Positions 58,995 to 64,000 of a stretch of 64,000 nt of DNA are shown in pieces (within the stretch, counting starts at the first letter, position 1; every line of letters starts with the position of its first letter). Location of the stretch: the NCBI GenBank assembly GCA_963737155.1, contig CAVTRN010000002.1:2080001-2144000 (forward strand), given 5' to 3'. A program made the position numbers and the translations under genes. The DNA comes from Nitrospirota bacterium (GTDB taxonomy: Bacteria > Nitrospirota > UBA9217). The notes under the pieces were generated by a model that saw only the letters and a list, made by a program, of their open reading frames with translations, did no database searches and was not told where the DNA came from.

Positions 58995-61688
58995 TTATTT
59001 TGACGTCTCCTGGAGTGTTTTCTCCAGATCGTTTAAATATTTCCCAAACCCGGACCAGTCTTCTTTGCGTATCGCCTCCCGTGCCTTTCGCAGCAGTTCC
59101 AGCGCACGGTAGTTTAGTTCCCCAGGCTGCCGCTTATTCGTGGACATCTCCTCACCATCTACCCGCGTACCCGGCAGCCCGCCCGAGAATACCCGCTGGA
59201 TAGCAGCCTCAAGCGTATCTTCCATGACCACATTGTTCCCGTAGGCGACGATGACCCTGCTCAGTTCAGGCAAACCCCCTTTGTCCGTGGCTACTAGGTA
59301 AAGCGGCTGGACATAAATGAGCGAGTTCTCAATGGGGATGATAAGGAGACTTCCGCGGATCACATCAGAGCCGTGCTGACCCCATAGAGTTAACTGCTGC
59401 GAGATATAGGAGTCCTGGTCTATACGGGCATCGATCTGGCGCGGACCAAACACCAGCCGGTCTCGCGGAAAGGTGTAGACAATAACTTTTCCATAGTTCT
59501 CCCCATCGCATCGCGCTGCCATCCACGCGGCAAGATTGTCCCGCTTGGATGGTGTGAAGGGCAGAAGAAGTATAAACTCCTCAACCGCTCCTCCCGGAAG
59601 TTTCATGATCTGGAAATAGGGGTCCATTGTCTGCTGCCGGTAAGACGGGATCTCCCAGAGATCCTCCTTGTTGTAGAACACCGAGGGATCAGTCATATGG
59701 AAGGTGGTGAACATCTTTGCCTGGATCTTGAGCATTGCCCGTGGATACCGGATATGCCTGCGGAGATCAGACGGCATCCGATCAATCGGTTTGAACAGAT
59801 TCGGGAAGATAGCGGCATAGGTCCTTGACATGATATCGGTACGATCCACTAAGTAGAATGAGACCGTACCATCATAGGCATCCACGACGACCTTTACGGG
59901 GTTGCGCAGGTAGTTATTCCCTCCGTCCGCGGGTCTCGAATAGGGAAGATAAGACGAATGCGAATAAGCATCGATGATCCATGACAACCGACCATCATCG
60001 CCGATTACGAGATAGGGGTCGGAGTCATAAGAGAAAAACGGGGCGATCGAGGCCACCCGCTGTATAATCCTCCGGTTATAGAGTATCTTGCTGTCATTGG
60101 TGACATCGCTCGAAAGGACGATCTTGAAGTTTCCAAAATATGCCGCATACAGCAGTCGTTCCAAGACAGAAGAGAGCCGGACGCCGCCCTTCCCTGTATA
60201 CAGAGAATAGATGTTCTCTCCCGTCGTGGGATAGCCGAACTCCTTGGTCCTAGCATTCACAATGACATAATCGTTCGGGGTCTCTCCATAATAGATCTCG
60301 GGCCTTGCAACTTTCGGTCCAGCACTCGTGACCGGCGGGATGTCCTTGATATAAAATTCCGGCAAACCTTCCTTCGTAATGCCGCTTACTGGTCCCATGG
60401 CTAGTCCGAAGCCGTGGGTAAAAACAAGCCGCTCATTAATCCAAGACTTATTCGGCAGGTCGGCATAGGAAAGCTCTCTCGGGGAAAGCATGACTTGGAG
60501 GTAGTTTCCGTTCACCGTATAGCGATCGTTGTCCACGTCGTTGAAATGATAGTAGGTCCTGATCTGCTGCAGTTGACTATACGTCTTGAGCAAGGGCTCT
60601 TCATCCCAGAGTCTGATGTTTTGGATAGTAGACAGATTTTTCCGGATATCAGTGAAGGTCAATGGGCTGTTCGCGGCATAGGGCTGCAGATCCATGTTCT
60701 CTAGTCCGAAACCGAACCGTGTGAATTTGATATGACTCGCAATATAAGGCCGCTCCAGGACTATTTCGTTAGGTGAGACCTTGAAGCTTTGGATCGTTGA
60801 GGGATAAATCTGAATACCTAGAATATAGACGCCTGCGAGAATAGAGATCGAAACGAGGGGTACCATTACCGAGCGGCGCAAAGCGAAAAGGGAAATCGCA
60901 ACTGCAGCTACTGCCGAGAGCCCTGCCATCAGAGAAAGGACCCATATCCTGGCATGTACGTCAGTATAGGATGCCCCATACAACACGCCATGCTCGGAGG
61001 TTAATAGGCCGTATCGGTCTAGAAAAAACCTGAGTGACTGGCTGAGGAGAAAGAGCGACACCAGTATGCCGAGATGGCGCTTAACGCCTGGCTCCACGGT
61101 GAAGAGCCTTCCGACAACGACAATACCGCCCCTGACGAGATAGATCGGAATAATCAGCAGTGCGGACACAATGATCAGACTACGTAGCATGTCGTTCAAC
61201 GAATTCAGGAAGGGGTAGGTAAAGAGATAGAATGAGACGTCTTTGGCGAAAATAGGATCAGCGAGTCCTGCGGACGTCCTGTTTAGAAATAGAAGCGCCT
61301 GTTCCCATAAACTCATTCCGGCTGGGAATGCAAAGAGGAAGGCGAATATCGAACAGAGTAGCGATATCCAGCCCATGACTCGGTCAATGTCGATCCGCTG
61401 CAGTTGCGGTACCCTGTCCCATAAGGCATTCAGGCCTGCCAGAGCATAGGTGTGTCGCCGCGCAAAGAAGAGGTTCATGTAAATCATGAGAAAGGCAATT
61501 GAACCGAGAGCCGTGCCGGAGATCAGCTTCGCCTGGTATGTCGTGGTGAACACCGATACATAGCCGACTTCGCGGAAGAAAAACCAGTCCGCTAAGAAAC
61601 TGATGATTTCCCGAGAACCAAGCAGAACCAGAAAAGCCGCTACCATAGCAATGAGAATGCCTTTGTTACTGGCATTTTGAATATTCAT
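58995..61688 (-). CDS. UPF0182-family membrane protein
   Basis: DPIFAKDVSFY, GASYTD, NIRLWD, DVDNDRY, THGFG, IYYGE, NYLRN.VK, VIRGSLL motifs. Confidence 0.93.
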   Translation of the reverse strand: MNIQNASNKGILIAMVAAFLVLLGSREIISFLADWFFFREVGYVSVFTTTYQAKLISGTALGSIAFLMIYMNLFFARRHTYALAGLNALWDRVPQLQRIDIDRVMGWISLLCSIFAFLFAFPAGMSLWEQALLFLNRTSAGLADPIFAKDVSFYLFTYPFLNSLNDMLRSLIIVSALLIIPIYLVRGGIVVVGRLFTVEPGVKRHLGILVSLFLLSQSLRFFLDRYGLLTSEHGVLYGASYTDVHARIWVLSLMAGLSAVAAVAISLFALRRSVMVPLVSISILAGVYILGIQIYPSTIQSFKVSPNEIVLERPYIASHIKFTRFGFGLENMDLQPYAANSPLTFTDIRKNLSTIQNIRLWDEEPLLKTYSQLQQIRTYYHFNDVDNDRYTVNGNYLQVMLSPRELSYADLPNKSWINERLVFTHGFGLAMGPVSGITKEGLPEFYIKDIPPVTSAGPKVARPEIYYGETPNDYVIVNARTKEFGYPTTGENIYSLYTGKGGVRLSSVLERLLYAAYFGNFKIVLSSDVTNDSKILYNRRIIQRVASIAPFFSYDSDPYLVIGDDGRLSWIIDAYSHSSYLPYSRPADGGNNYLRNPVKVVVDAYDGTVSFYLVDRTDIMSRTYAAIFPNLFKPIDRMPSDLRRHIRYPRAMLKIQAKMFTTFHMTDPSVFYNKEDLWEIPSYRQQTMDPYFQIMKLPGGAVEEFILLLPFTPSKRDNLAAWMAARCDGENYGKVIVYTFPRDRLVFGPRQIDARIDQDSYISQQLTLWGQHGSDVIRGSLLIIPIENSLIYVQPLYLVATDKGGLPELSRVIVAYGNNVVMEDTLEAAIQRVFSGGLPGTRVDGEEMSTNKRQPGELNYRALELLRKAREAIRKEDWSGFGKYLNDLEKTLQETSK

Positions 61689-61795
61689 CTTTGTCCCTAT
61701 CTGGTATTTATCCTGTATAGATGCGCCTTGTAACTCCCGGCATCATGCACAATTCAATCCGGATAATAAACTTTTAACGATGAGCTGTATTATCA

Positions 61796-62182
61796 TCATT
61801 CCTGATCGATGCAATGCGTATCATCGTCGAGGACTAAACTGTTGCAGAATTCAGATATCGAGTCTTCGGGAATCCCCATGTTGCGAAGTACGCTTATAAA
61901 AAGAGAGCGCTGGAACACGGCAACCGTGAATGTGCTCGCTTGCAATGCCATCTCCACGGCGTAACGGTACTTTCCTTGACCGGAACAGGCTGCTATGAAC
62001 CTTCCGATAACTTGTCGTTTTATGGAAATATCTACAGCACTTGCCTTCATCTTTAGCCTTTGTTCCAGTTGCATTGTTTCCTGGAGCAACAGGAGATCTA
62101 AAATTTTGTCATTCATTTCAGCGGGTTTGTCAAGATAATGCTCAAGTCCCTTTCTCCTGGCCAGGCTTTTCGATGTTTCCAT
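61796..62182 (-). CDS. Hypothetical protein
   Basis: 128-aa ORF with GAGAGG RBS; no motif recognised. Confidence 0.55.
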   Translation of the reverse strand: METSKSLARRKGLEHYLDKPAEMNDKILDLLLLQETMQLEQRLKMKASAVDISIKRQVIGRFIAACSGQGKYRYAVEMALQASTFTVAVFQRSLFISVLRNMGIPEDSISEFCNSLVLDDDTHCIDQE

Positions 62183-62535
62183 AAATACCTCTCAATTTAT
62201 GAAAGCGCCGATAGGCGCTCTCGCCGTTTTGTATACGATGTTTCCACTGGGTCGCCATTGATCTCTTTGGCTCAACGCTACAACGGGGAAGAAGCAGGGT
62301 TCGTTTCGAAAACTGTAATCATTATAACATTTATCAGCCGCATTAACCAGCGGCTTGCTGATCATGCGGCAATACCTGAAGATACGTACACCTGTAGTTG
62401 CCAGGGGAAAAGATAGGATCGCACCCGCAGTCCTCCCATAGCACCGTACGGAAGGTTCCGAACATAATGGGTCATATTAGTAACTAAAGAATCAAAAGCT
62501 TCTCAAAATGGGTAGAACAATTTGGTGAATATGCA

Positions 62536-64000
62536 TTAAACATGCGCCAGTTGCGGGATTACAGACATATTTCGGATGGTCAATCCCGCAGCGATAACAG
62601 CCTTGCCGAGTTTTGAAACGTAGTACTTGTATGTTTTGCCGACTTTCCGAATAATGCCGTGGACGTGAAGCCGTTTCAGAATTCTCGTCATGGTACTGCT
62701 CGTCACGGATGGCAGCTGTTTTCGTAGAGATTTATTCTGAAGTCCGTTGATGTTGAACTCGCCGCGGGCGAGAACCTCGAACAGTTTGAGATCATCGTCG
62801 CTGAAGAGATTGAAGCCCTTGTAGGAACGGTCGCCTGTTTCCACGGTCTTTGAAATTTTATCAAGGTTATTGATTCCCGCGCTTTGGTCGTCGAACGTGG
62901 AGATGAACTCAAGATAACGGCGGTTCGAGGCCTTGAAGATCGCCGTAAGGTCAAACAGGCTGTAGATGTTCTTCTTCATGGGTGCGTTCTTGTGGACAGG
63001 ATCTCCGATCCGCGACTGGACTTCCCGATAGTGCTTGAACTCCGAGACGTCGTTGGTCGTGGTCTCAATCCGGAGGATGCTGCCGAACTTGTCGTACATC
63101 TTGATGGATGAAGCGCCCATATGGTGCTTGATCCGTGTTCCCTGAATTCGGGTGTTGAAGTTGTTGCCCATTTCGCCTTGATAATTGCCGTGGAGCTTCC
63201 GACCCAGAAAGGTCGCGATATTCTCCGGTTTCACGGAGTGAATGGCGGTTCGAACGATTTGCTCATACAACGTGTGCAGGTCCGATTGCTTCTTGAAAAC
63301 GATGTCGGTGGCATATTCCACCTGCATAGTGCTCCAGTGGTAGGTAAGTCCGTACCCGTTACCGACCGGGCAGTATTGTTTAGCGAATCTGTCCAGTGCA
63401 TGGTGTAAGTCCGACACCTTGATGCTGTCAGAAAGCTCCTGGGCTTTGGGAAAATTATCGATAGAGAGAAACGCGTTCTCCCGAAGAACATAGGGGATTT
63501 TCTTTTTTGCCAATTTCGCCGCCAGCCAGTTGTGGCCGTTCATATAGAACTGGAGCCGGAACGGTGCCCAGGTGGGAACGCGGAGGTAGCACAGGCCGAA
63601 CGTCTTGTCGATGAAGTAGAAGTAATAGTGGAGACACTTTCCGGAATCATACTTGAGAAAGGTCTTGCCGGTGTTTTTGTCGTGCCAGGGTTTGTAGCTG
63701 GTGCAGGCTTCCATGGCCGAGAAGATATGAACAAGGCCGGGTTGCTCGCCACGCGCTTTGATGATTTCTTTGATCCGGGCCTCTTTACGGAACGCACCCA
63801 GCTTGCGGATGAACTCGATCTCAATGCTGTTCTCATTCGCGAGGCCCTCAGCGTTCTCCCGGACTTTTTCCTGAAGCGCTTTGGCGAACTGGGCATAATC
63901 GAAAATCTTGATCTGTCGGGCATAGAGGAATGCCGTCATCCCCTTATCGAAGCACCAGCCGGGCAGCGTGCCCTGCATGATCATGCGGTCATAGCAGGAT
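62536..64000 (-). CDS. Transposase-like protein with C-terminal winged helix (5' end beyond the window)
   Basis: Frame open to the window edge (..SCYDRMIMQG); CLHYYFYFID..FGLCYLRV, QVEYATDIVF, SIKMYDK..LRIETT, LKRL..HGII.KV..TYKYY; a multicopy mobile family often labelled 'MarR regulator'. Confidence 0.7.
   Translation of the reverse strand, partial: SCYDRMIMQGTLPGWCFDKGMTAFLYARQIKIFDYAQFAKALQEKVRENAEGLANENSIEIEFIRKLGAFRKEARIKEIIKARGEQPGLVHIFSAMEACTSYKPWHDKNTGKTFLKYDSGKCLHYYFYFIDKTFGLCYLRVPTWAPFRLQFYMNGHNWLAAKLAKKKIPYVLRENAFLSIDNFPKAQELSDSIKVSDLHHALDRFAKQYCPVGNGYGLTYHWSTMQVEYATDIVFKKQSDLHTLYEQIVRTAIHSVKPENIATFLGRKLHGNYQGEMGNNFNTRIQGTRIKHHMGASSIKMYDKFGSILRIETTTNDVSEFKHYREVQSRIGDPVHKNAPMKKNIYSLFDLTAIFKASNRRYLEFISTFDDQSAGINNLDKISKTVETGDRSYKGFNLFSDDDLKLFEVLARGEFNINGLQNKSLRKQLPSVTSSTMTRILKRLHVHGIIRKVGKTYKYYVSKLGKAVIAAGLTIRNMSVIPQLAHV

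Overview
Bacterial chromosomal window with a Geobacteraceae/Desulfuromonadales-like gene complement (inferred from gene families, not proven). It contains, in order: (i) a five-gene glucosylglycerate compatible-solute operon encoding both the two-step GpgS/GpgP route and a Ggs-like single-step route, plus a mechanosensitive-channel-like protein; (ii) a ~20 kb accessory cell-surface/nutrient-scavenging region (11.2-31.5 kb) with two TonB-dependent receptors, exbB-exbD-tonB, a radical SAM/SPASM enzyme next to a 64-aa membrane-anchored peptide carrying a KIKTGYNPNSSSIG motif and a TPR-like membrane protein, a secreted metallophosphoesterase, pentapeptide-repeat, HupE/UreJ and PEP-CTERM proteins, a c-di-GMP-I riboswitch embedded in a tandemly duplicated leader, and duplicated promoters with 11-bp (PhoB/OmpR-like) direct repeats; (iii) two intact ISL3 elements with 8-bp target duplications, a miniature IS200/IS605-type element, a TnpB-only element and a partial transposase-like gene; (iv) efflux, protease and housekeeping genes (YbhGFSR-like ABC system, M16 and M1-ChaN-PDZ peptidases, rhomboid, clpS, fba, UPF0182). 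The best candidate for an undescribed system is the TPR-membrane protein / GYNPNSSS peptide / rSAM-SPASM cassette at 14069-16635. All calls come from reading motifs by eye; no database searches were run.
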